A stretch of 64,000 nt of DNA from contig CAYIZI010000001.1 in NCBI GenBank assembly GCA_964368135.1, positions 42,926 to 106,925 on the forward strand, written 5' to 3'. The notes beneath the pieces were generated by a model. The model was not told where the DNA came from, ran no database searches, and saw nothing but the letters and a program-made list of their open reading frames with translations. Shown in pieces: positions 7,513-14,901 of the stretch. Within the stretch, counting starts at the first letter, position 1. Each line of letters begins with the position of its first letter. A program made the position numbers and the translations under genes. The stretch is from an uncultured Candidatus Saccharibacteria bacterium. Its GTDB lineage: Bacteria; Patescibacteriota; Minisyncoccia; 2-02-FULL-40-12.

Positions 7513-8193
7513 TTAACTATCTAAAAGTTTGATCCGAATCTTGTTGATGGCTTTGGTGTGAAGTTGCCGGACTTTGCTCTCAACGACCCCGAGAACCTGT
7601 CCGATCTGCTTAAAGGTGGCATCTTCGAAGTAATAAAGATGCACCACAATTCTTTCTTGCCGAGACAGCGTTGCAATTACATTCCTGAGACGCTTTTGGG
7701 TTTCTTTTCTTTCATATATTTTTTCTGGCGACTCAGGTTGGGGCGGGACAACTTCATCCGGCAACATCGCCGTTTCACCATTCAAACCGGCTATTGATTC
7801 CATGGCTCTGATCCGCCAAATCGTTCGCCTTATGCCTTTCTTCCAGCCGAGTCGAGCAGCTAACTCGGCATAAGAAGGTCCTTCTCCCAGTTCGGCTCGC
7901 AAGGATTCTTCAGCCTCCAAAAGCCGCCGCCTTTGTTTACGTATGGACCGCGGCCAAGCATCATGACGCATACCGTCCATCATCGCCCCGCGAATCCGTT
8001 TTGCAGCAAAAGTCTTGAGCTTGATGCCGCGGCTTTCATCAAATCGGCTGAGAGCATCAATCAAACCGATTACGCCGTATTGAACAAGGTCGTTCGCCTC
8101 AACGCTGGACGGCAGTCCTTTTGCCATATTCCAGGCAATCTGCTTAATAAGTGGAAGGGTCTCAACAATTTTCGAAGAATGATCTTCTGTCAA
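7513..8193 (-). CDS. RNA polymerase sigma factor, FliA/WhiG (sigma-28) family
   Basis: DLVQYGVIGLIDALSRFDESRGIKLKTFAAKRIRGAMMDGMR matches the FliA region 2 pattern (RIRGAMLDELR in E. coli FliA). Region 4 is ATFKQIGQVLGVVESKVRQLHTKAINKIR. TTG start preceded by GGAGGTGA. Confidence 0.8.
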   Translation of the reverse strand: MTEDHSSKIVETLPLIKQIAWNMAKGLPSSVEANDLVQYGVIGLIDALSRFDESRGIKLKTFAAKRIRGAMMDGMRHDAWPRSIRKQRRRLLEAEESLRAELGEGPSYAELAARLGWKKGIRRTIWRIRAMESIAGLNGETAMLPDEVVPPQPESPEKIYERKETQKRLRNVIATLSRQERIVVHLYYFEDATFKQIGQVLGVVESKVRQLHTKAINKIRIKLLDS

Positions 8194-8361
8194 AGTACAT
8201 CACCTCCTAACCGTTAAACCTACTCTATACCTATCAAAAAATTTCAACTTCTACCTGATAGAGATTGATTCCGGAAAAGCTGACTCTGAATTCACCTTGT
8301 ATACTTCACCTCTTTTCCAATCAAAATATATTACTTTTAAAATAAAGCGGCAAGTTAAAAT

Positions 8362-8389
8362 AAAAAAATGGCGAGGAATACTCGCCCCC
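8362..8389 (-). terminator. Intrinsic terminator after the PfkB kinase gene
   Basis: The minus strand reads gggggcgag-tattc-ctcgcc followed by attttttta. Confidence 0.55.
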
Positions 8390-8413
8390 ACACTATTTCA
8401 AAGTTAGTCAAGA

Positions 8414-9463
8414 TTACAAAACTTCAACCTCCACCAGCGGCCACGGACCAAAGTCGCCTTTGTGAAGAATCCCGGCTTTGGGACCGTATTGAGCCACTAC
8501 CGAAGAAGCATTAGCTGTGGCGAATTGGATTGATTTAGTGATATCGCCATTAGATAAAATGTATTGAGCAGTAAAACCTGAAACAAAAGCGTCGCCGGCG
8601 CCGGTGCGTTCAACTTTCGGCGAATCCGGTGTCCCAGCCCGATAAATATTTTTCTTATCTGAAACCAAAACTCCTTTTGGCCCGAGCGTCAAAACCACAA
8701 TCCCCTTCACCAGCTTATCCAATTCTTTTAAAACATCTTCTTTGGTCATTCCTCCATTAGAGTTTGACTGGTCATTGGGATTTGTAATTTGGGATTTTAG
8801 CAAGCTTTTTGCTTCTTCCAAATTGACGCTGAAAATATCAACCTCCGTCAGATAAGGTCTTAAATTCTCTAACCCATTAGCTATCTCTTTTCCGCCAGGA
8901 TTAAAAGCAATTTTAAAATTCCTGGTACTAATATATTCAAATGCTTTTTGTAATAAATCCAAGTTCCCGCCCAGACTGCCTAAAAAAAACCACTTGGCTT
9001 TTAATTTTTTCCATTTAATTTCCTGAAGATTAAGATGTTGACCCTCGCCTTTGTAGCTTAAAATAGTTCGTTCAGCATTTGGATGGACTAAGATAACCGA
9101 GTAAGCGGTGTAATCATCTTTATGAGTCACAAAAAATAGCTTAACTCTTTCTCGTTTTAACTCTTTAATCACCTCTTTTCCGTTAAAATCATTGCCAACC
9201 ATACTGACACAGCCGGTCTTAAGGCCTTGCCTGGCAAAAGTTACGGCTGTATTGGTTGCTCCACCGCCGGTGGTAAAAACAACCTCTCTTATTTCAATCT
9301 TCGCGCCCAAAGGAAAACACTGCTCCACACCGGTCGGCGAATCAGCCCGGCCTTCACTTGCACGCAAGTGAGGGCCGTGCTTGCGGATTTCAAAACCCTC
9401 GCTTTTCAAAAAGACATCGCGGGTAGCCGAACCAATCGTAATAATATCTAATATACTAAACAT
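8414..9463 (-). CDS. PfkB-family carbohydrate kinase (ribokinase-like)
   Basis: N-terminal IGSATRDVF, TGGGATNTAV, and the C-terminal TGAGDAFVSGF anion-hole motif. Confidence 0.75.
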   Translation of the reverse strand: MFSILDIITIGSATRDVFLKSEGFEIRKHGPHLRASEGRADSPTGVEQCFPLGAKIEIREVVFTTGGGATNTAVTFARQGLKTGCVSMVGNDFNGKEVIKELKRERVKLFFVTHKDDYTAYSVILVHPNAERTILSYKGEGQHLNLQEIKWKKLKAKWFFLGSLGGNLDLLQKAFEYISTRNFKIAFNPGGKEIANGLENLRPYLTEVDIFSVNLEEAKSLLKSQITNPNDQSNSNGGMTKEDVLKELDKLVKGIVVLTLGPKGVLVSDKKNIYRAGTPDSPKVERTGAGDAFVSGFTAQYILSNGDITKSIQFATANASSVVAQYGPKAGILHKGDFGPWPLVEVEVL

Positions 9464-10091
9464 TGCTCGTCGTTAATTCTTTTAATGCCTCTCCAATATT
9501 ATCGCTCTTAAAAATATAGCTTCCGACTGCTGCCCGGCTAACCCCGACAGCTTCAACCAACTTTACTATTTCGGGTTTAATTCCGCCATCAACCTGAATT
9601 ACCTTATTTGGATATTGGCTTTGGAAATTCTTGATTTTCTCCAAAACTTCTGGCAAAAACGGCGAACCGTAAAAACCAGGGTCTACAGTCATGAACTGGA
9701 CTAAATCAATCCGATCTGTATAAGGTTCCGATACTATCCAGTTTGTTTGGGGATTAAAAACAAGGCCAATCTCTTTACCATTGGTGCTTAATTCATTTAT
9801 AACGGCATCAATCTCGGCGGTACTCTCCCAATGAATTAGAAACCTTATGGCTTTTGTTTTTAGCCAGCGGCCGATCTGGCCCTCCGGATTATTAACCATC
9901 AAATGAACTTCAAAGTTAAGTTTTGTGTTTATTTTTTGCAATTCCTCATAGCCGCCGATAGTTTTATTCGGCACAAATGCACCATCGGCAATATCTAAGT
10001 GGACTAAATCAGTATGAGGCTCTACCGCGCGAATCATTGTTTCAAATTCTTCTGGCGTTTTAGCGAGGATGGCAGGAATAATTTTTATCAT
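9456..10091 (-). CDS. rpe: Ribulose-phosphate 3-epimerase
   Basis: IIPAILA, HLDIADGAFVPN, HLMV, MTVDPGFYG, QVDGGI. Confidence 0.75.
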   Translation of the reverse strand: MIKIIPAILAKTPEEFETMIRAVEPHTDLVHLDIADGAFVPNKTIGGYEELQKINTKLNFEVHLMVNNPEGQIGRWLKTKAIRFLIHWESTAEIDAVINELSTNGKEIGLVFNPQTNWIVSEPYTDRIDLVQFMTVDPGFYGSPFLPEVLEKIKNFQSQYPNKVIQVDGGIKPEIVKLVEAVGVSRAAVGSYIFKSDNIGEALKELTTSNV

Positions 10092-11053
10092 ATCAAATTC
10101 GGCGGTGTTTTCCCTTCCAGTGCCTCAATTATATTTTTCGCGGTCAGTTCGGCCATCTTATTTCTTGTTTCTTCGGTGGCCGAAGCAATGTGGGGAGTCA
10201 AAATTATGTTGTTTAATCTTAACAGCTCGGGCTCCACTTTAGGCTCGTTTTCAAAAACATCAATCGCCGCTCCGCGAATCCAGCCATCGCTCAAAGCCCT
10301 GGCTAAAGCTTTTTCATCTATCACCGGCCCTCGGGAAGTATTTACTAAATAAGACGTTCTCTTCATTGACTTTAACCGGTTCTCATTGATTAAGTGGCGA
10401 GTTGATTCAAGAAGCGGAACGTGCAAAGAAACATAATCGCATTGGGGCAGTAGATTATCAATATTATTAAAAAAACTGGCCCCAAATTCTTCTTCAAACT
10501 TCTCGTCCTGTTTTACGTCAGTGTATAAAACTTTCATTCCAAAACCTTTGACCGCATGATAAGCAACCCGCGAACCGATTCGGCCAAGCCCAACCACGCC
10601 CAAATTTTTACCAGACAAATCACTGCCGAGCATTAGCATCGGCCCCCAGGCCTGATACAATCCGGCTCGGGTAAATTTATCGGCTTCGGCAATGCGATGG
10701 CTTATTGCCAACATCAAAGCAAAGGTGTGCTCGGCTACGGTATCGGTCAAGACGCCGGGCGTATTAGTAACCATTATGTTTCTTGTTTTGGCCGCTTCTA
10801 AATCAATATTGTCAAAACCAACCGCCATATTGGCGATTATTTTCAGACTCGGCAAGCCGGCATCCATAACTTCTCCATCAATCTGGTCGGTTAAAACAGA
10901 AAGTAAAGCATCAGCCCCTTTAATGCCAACTAAAATTTCCTCTTTGTCTGCCGGTCGATCCCTTGCCTGTTCGTTAACTAAAATCTCATAGCCCTTGCCG
11001 CGCAGCATTTCCACTCCTGCCTCCGGAATTGGTCTGGTAATAAATATTTTCAT
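10088..11053 (-). CDS. D-isomer-specific 2-hydroxyacid dehydrogenase (glyoxylate/hydroxypyruvate reductase-like)
   Basis: GVVGLGRIGSRVA NAD-binding fold, VNTSRGPVIDE, LTPHIASAT. Confidence 0.8.
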   Translation of the reverse strand: MKIFITRPIPEAGVEMLRGKGYEILVNEQARDRPADKEEILVGIKGADALLSVLTDQIDGEVMDAGLPSLKIIANMAVGFDNIDLEAAKTRNIMVTNTPGVLTDTVAEHTFALMLAISHRIAEADKFTRAGLYQAWGPMLMLGSDLSGKNLGVVGLGRIGSRVAYHAVKGFGMKVLYTDVKQDEKFEEEFGASFFNNIDNLLPQCDYVSLHVPLLESTRHLINENRLKSMKRTSYLVNTSRGPVIDEKALARALSDGWIRGAAIDVFENEPKVEPELLRLNNIILTPHIASATEETRNKMAELTAKNIIEALEGKTPPNLI

Positions 11054-11493
11054 AATTGATCAATCTTATTGATCCTTCTGACGTGTCTCTCTTCGCCGGT
11101 AAATTTGGTCTTGAACCAAATCTCAAGCGCTTTTTTAGCCGCTTCTTCATTTACAAAAAAAGTGCCAAGCGATAATACATTAGCGTTATTATGCTCGCGA
11201 GCCAGCTTAATGATTTCTTCTGAACCTCCCTCATATACGGCAGCCCTTACTCCTCTATACCGATTAGCCACCATTGCCTCGCCCTGGCCGGACATACCCA
11301 AAACTATAGCTTCCGAGTTTTCCGGGTCTTGAGAAACTTTTTGGGCAGCTTTGTGAACAAAATCCGGATAATCATCGTCTTTATCATAAACGAAAGCACC
11401 CATGTCTACATATGGATAACCCCACTCGGTCAACCATTCTTTAATTTTCTCTTTAAGTTTAAAACCGCGATGATCGGTAGCTAGGTATATCAT
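11050..11493 (-). CDS. rpiB: Ribose-5-phosphate isomerase B
   Basis: IYLATDHRGFKLKE start, GMSGQGEAMVANR, and the RHxRRI-like C-terminus (ERHVRRINKI). Confidence 0.8.
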   Translation of the reverse strand: MIYLATDHRGFKLKEKIKEWLTEWGYPYVDMGAFVYDKDDDYPDFVHKAAQKVSQDPENSEAIVLGMSGQGEAMVANRYRGVRAAVYEGGSEEIIKLAREHNNANVLSLGTFFVNEEAAKKALEIWFKTKFTGEERHVRRINKIDQL

Positions 11494-12497
11494 CTTAGTC
11501 TATTAAGATAATTAACCGCTTGGAGCAGGGCGCAAGTACCCTGTCCGGCGGCAATGACAATCTGCTTAAACGGCACATCAGTCACGTCGCCGGCGGCAAA
11601 AAGACCCGGAATATTAGTTTCACAGTTTTTGGAAACCACAATTTCGCCGAAATTATTCTTCTCGACGCCTTCGGACACAAGACCGCTATTTGGCACCATG
11701 CCGATATGAATAAAAATACCGTCAACTTTCAGCTCCGACGTTTCAGTCGGAGCCCCGACTTCCGACGTCGGGGTTCCTTTATTTATTTGATACATTAATC
11801 CCCTAACAAAACCATCGCCAAAAATACTGGTGGTTTTAGCATTATAAATCACCTCCACATTTTTCTTGTTCAATAAATTATCTATCAAAACCTGGTCGCC
11901 CTTGAAAGCCGGGTTTTTGTTTATAACATAAACTTTTGAAGCAATATCAGCCATCATTATGCCAGCTTCCAAAGCCGAGTTGCCGCCGCCGATTACAGCC
12001 ACAGTTTTCCCCGGAAACAGGGGGCCGTCGCAAACCGTACAATAACTCACCCCTTTGTTTCTTAATTCTTTCTCGCCCGGGACATTCAACTCTCGGGGGT
12101 GGACGCCGGTGGTTACTATCACGGTTTTAGCGATATAATCGCATTTTGGGGCGCTATTTCCATCTTCTGATATCTTCTCGGCGGCCATAGTCGTTTCTTT
12201 TCCGGTCTTGGCGGTTATACAAAAAGTGCCGTCTTCCTGTTTTGAAATTTTTTCAACTTCAACTCCGATTTCCGGCTCAACGCCGTAGTCGGACAGATGC
12301 TTTTTGAATTTATCGGCCAATTCAATGCCGTCGGTATCAGGCACACCCGGATAATTATCTACTTCGCCGGAAGTAGCCACCTCCCCGCCAAAATCCTTGG
12401 AAATTATTTTGAAACTCAAGTTCCGCCGCACCGCATAAATGGCGGCAGCCGTTGCGGCCGCCGAACCACCAATAATAATTAAATCGTATTTATTCAT
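11490..12497 (-). CDS. trxB: Thioredoxin-disulfide reductase
   Basis: The internal ATG at 12497 gives MNKYDLIIIGGSAAATAAAIYA (FAD fold). Redox CTVCDG, VAVIGGGNSALE (NADPH fold), GLFAAGDV. Carries the hairpin pair at 11733-11773. Confidence 0.8.
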   Translation of the reverse strand: MNKYDLIIIGGSAAATAAAIYAVRRNLSFKIISKDFGGEVATSGEVDNYPGVPDTDGIELADKFKKHLSDYGVEPEIGVEVEKISKQEDGTFCITAKTGKETTMAAEKISEDGNSAPKCDYIAKTVIVTTGVHPRELNVPGEKELRNKGVSYCTVCDGPLFPGKTVAVIGGGNSALEAGIMMADIASKVYVINKNPAFKGDQVLIDNLLNKKNVEVIYNAKTTSIFGDGFVRGLMYQINKGTPTSEVGAPTETSELKVDGIFIHIGMVPNSGLVSEGVEKNNFGEIVVSKNCETNIPGLFAAGDVTDVPFKQIVIAAGQGTCALLQAVNYLNRLR

Positions 12498-12560
12498 AAA
12501 ATAATCATAACAGATAATCCCGCAAACAAAAAACCCAACTGGGGTTAAAACCAACTGGGT

Positions 12561-12950
12561 TTAAAAACTGATCGCTATCCTCAAATTATGAGTTCCGGCA
12601 ATGGTGTGGGCAACGGTTATGGCAACAGGCAACAGATACCACAGTTTGTGGTCTCTTTTCTTCATTTCATAGCTAGCATAGAACACCCCGGCGTCGACAG
12701 ATCCTTGAACCACATAGAGCCACGGCTTCCCTGCTTCTACAAAAGGTCTCATCAAGGGATTTAGCTCTCGGCCATTCTCATGCCTGCTAAAGGCAAAATA
12801 GGTGCTCTCCACGTCATAAATTGTGGAGCCGATCATAAGGGAATTCACGGTCCAGAATTTACTGTCGGCCACTTTTTCTTGCGTCTGGGCAAATGCCATA
12901 GAGCCGATCAGTAGTAAAAAAATGCTCAAAATCAGTGTTTTCTTCGGCAT
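12561..12950 (-). CDS. Hypothetical exported/membrane protein
   Basis: 129-aa ORF with a signal peptide (LILSIFLLLIGSMAFAQT) and an ELNPLMR motif. Confidence 0.45.
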   Translation of the reverse strand: MPKKTLILSIFLLLIGSMAFAQTQEKVADSKFWTVNSLMIGSTIYDVESTYFAFSRHENGRELNPLMRPFVEAGKPWLYVVQGSVDAGVFYASYEMKKRDHKLWYLLPVAITVAHTIAGTHNLRIAISF

Positions 12951-13006
12951 TTCCTTCCGCCTTTCTTTTTAAACTGCTAATATATATTATACCACTAAAC
13001 GCCAAA

Positions 13007-14404
13007 ATGAAAAGGTACCTGCTGATAATCCTGGCTCTAAGTATTGCGACTCATTTCGCTTTTTTCGGCTATCCGCCAGAAACGGTCTTTGACGAAGTTC
13101 ACTTTGGGAAGTTTGTTTCCGGCTACTTTACCGGCGAATACTATTTTGACATTCATCCGCCGCTGGGAAAACTTATCATTGCCGGCATGGCTAAAATTTC
13201 GGGCTTTGAGCCGGGCTTTTCTTTTGAAACCATCGGCCAGGAATACCAGGATAACTCTTATAAATGGTTAAGATTTTTACCAAAACTTGCCGGTAGCCTA
13301 TTACCGGCAATTGCTTTCTTAATCGCATTGGAGTTAGGCATCAGCCAGAAATTCGCCTTTCTGGCCGGACTGCTGATTGTTTTTGAAAACTCATTACTTG
13401 TTCAGTCGCGTCTTATTCTACTTGACTCTTTTCTGCTTCTTTTTGGATTTTTAGGAATCCTTTTTTATCTTAAATTTAGAAAAACCGACGATCTAAAACC
13501 TAAAACCTATCCGGCTATCTGGCTTTTTCTTGCTGGTTTCTTCGCCGCCTTAGCCGCCTCAATAAAATGGACTGGCCTTGGCTTTCTGGCTTTAATGGGG
13601 ATTTTTTATTTTATCAATTTACTCAAATCCCCAGTAGCAGAACCTCGCAGACTCGGCTCACTACGGGGCACGGCAGAAGAAAAGTTAAAACTGGCACTTA
13701 AGGGCCTGGTGTTTTTAATAGTCATACCGTTTATGATTTACTTTTTAATTTTCGCTGTTCATTTTACCTTCCTTGATAAACCAGGGCCAGGTCTTGCCTT
13801 CCATCCGCCTAATTTTCAGGAAGATAATATTTTTAAAAAATTTGTTGAACTGAATACTGAACTTTATGCAAGCAATGCCCGGCTTACCGCCACTCATCCC
13901 TATTCCAGCCAGTGGTATGAGTGGCCGCTTATGATTCGCTCGGTTTTTTACTGGCAAGGAGACAACGAACGCATCTATCTTTTAGGCAATCCGCTGATTT
14001 ACTGGCTCTCAACAGTTGCCGTGATTTATTTTTTAGTTAACTTTTTCAAAAATAGAAAAAATTTCAGTTATTCGTCCCGATTCGCTTCCAGCGAATCGAG
14101 GATCCTCGATTTTCGTTTACGAAAATCGGGATTATTAGTTATCGGTTATTTGTTAAACTTATTGCCTTTCATCTTCATCGGCCGGGTGATGTTTCTGTAC
14201 CATTACTTCATCTCCCTGATTTTCGCGGTTTTAATTACGGCTTATTCACTGGATAAACTTGATTTTGAGCATAAAAAAACTGCCTTCAATGCAATTTTAG
14301 CTGGTTCAGTAGTTTTGTTTCTATTTTTCTCGCCATTGACTTACGGCTTCTCGATTCCAGAATGGTATTATAAGCTTTTAGTCTGGTTACCTTCTTGGAG
14401 ATAA
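13007..14404 (+). CDS. Dolichyl/polyprenyl-phosphate-mannose protein O-mannosyltransferase homologue (GT39, GT-C fold)
   Basis: ATG 13007 (MKRYLLIILALS). TVFDEVHFGKFVSGYFTGEYYFDIHPPLGKL is the PMT loop-1 DE motif. Many TM helices. The track start 12935 overlaps the divergent gene. Confidence 0.75.
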   Translation: MKRYLLIILALSIATHFAFFGYPPETVFDEVHFGKFVSGYFTGEYYFDIHPPLGKLIIAGMAKISGFEPGFSFETIGQEYQDNSYKWLRFLPKLAGSLLPAIAFLIALELGISQKFAFLAGLLIVFENSLLVQSRLILLDSFLLLFGFLGILFYLKFRKTDDLKPKTYPAIWLFLAGFFAALAASIKWTGLGFLALMGIFYFINLLKSPVAEPRRLGSLRGTAEEKLKLALKGLVFLIVIPFMIYFLIFAVHFTFLDKPGPGLAFHPPNFQEDNIFKKFVELNTELYASNARLTATHPYSSQWYEWPLMIRSVFYWQGDNERIYLLGNPLIYWLSTVAVIYFLVNFFKNRKNFSYSSRFASSESRILDFRLRKSGLLVIGYLLNLLPFIFIGRVMFLYHYFISLIFAVLITAYSLDKLDFEHKKTAFNAILAGSVVLFLFFSPLTYGFSIPEWYYKLLVWLPSWR

Positions 14405-14440
14405 AAAAAGAGCCTCGTTTCTCCTTGCGAAGAAACGGGG
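14404..14440 (-). terminator. Rho-independent terminator, minus-strand specific
   Basis: The minus strand reads ccccgtttct-tcgcaagg-agaaacgagg, then ctcttttttt. There is no T-tract on the plus strand. Confidence 0.7.
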
Positions 14441-14566
14441 CTGGCGAATCACCTGATATAAAGAAGTTCCTTAGTGGAAATAATAGTACTAAACCTCAAT
14501 TTTTCTTAATTTAATGTTGATTTTTACCATTACTGTCCACTAAGCAACCTCCCCTTTTCCCCTGAT
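14404..14566 (-). ncRNA. Candidate small RNA (unclassified) between a consensus promoter and a terminator
   Basis: Promoter at 14573-14600 and terminator at 14404-14440 on the same strand. No ORF longer than 13 codons. Internal long hairpin: 14536-14551 pairs with 14463-14478. Confidence 0.4.
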
Positions 14567-14572
14567 AATGCC

Positions 14573-14600
14573 ATTATAACACAGCTATATTTGTTGTCAA
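14573..14600 (-). promoter_or_regulatory. Near-consensus extended sigma-70 promoter
   Basis: The minus strand reads TTGACA, a 16-nt spacer ending in TGt, then TATAAT. It starts 7 nt after the glutaredoxin stop codon. Confidence 0.55.
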
Positions 14601-14606
14601 GTTTTG

Positions 14607-14849
14607 TTAATTTACCCCGAGTGCTTCATCTATCGCCCCTCGGTCAAATCCAACAATCACCTTGCCGTCAATTAAAATCAGCGGCACAGCCATTTGGCCG
14701 CTTATCTGAACAAGCTCCTGAATTCTGTCAGGATTCTTGCCCAAATCTATTTCTTCATACTCAACTCCTTTTTCTTTAAAGTATTCTTTAGCCCCCTTGC
14801 AGTAAACGCAAGTCGGAGTGGTGTAAATTTTTACGGTTTTTTGTTCCAT
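14607..14849 (-). CDS. Glutaredoxin-family protein (NrdH/Grx-like)
   Basis: 80 aa. KIYTTPTCVYCKGAKEYF (CxxC), and VPLILIDGKVIVGFD. Confidence 0.75.
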   Translation of the reverse strand: MEQKTVKIYTTPTCVYCKGAKEYFKEKGVEYEEIDLGKNPDRIQELVQISGQMAVPLILIDGKVIVGFDRGAIDEALGVN

Positions 14850-14856
14850 TAATTTA

Positions 14857-14895
14857 ATTATAACAAAAGAAAAAATATCATCAAGATGATATAAT
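14857..14895. promoter_or_regulatory. Divergent -10 boxes placed 6-7 nt from both start codons (leaderless-type arrangement)
   Basis: Minus-strand TATAAT (14862-14857) lies 7 nt before the grx ATG. Plus-strand TGaTATAAT (14887-14895) lies 6 nt before the DUF763 ATG. The palindrome atatcatc-aa-gatgatat overlaps. Confidence 0.4.
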
Positions 14896-14901
14896 CAAAA
14901 T

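Noticed and set aside
12561-12950. Outer-membrane beta-barrel protein, because of the C-terminal ...LRIAISF
   Set aside because: A single terminal aromatic residue in a 129-aa protein with hydrophobic helices is insufficient. The ELNPLMR motif suggests a small inner-membrane family instead.
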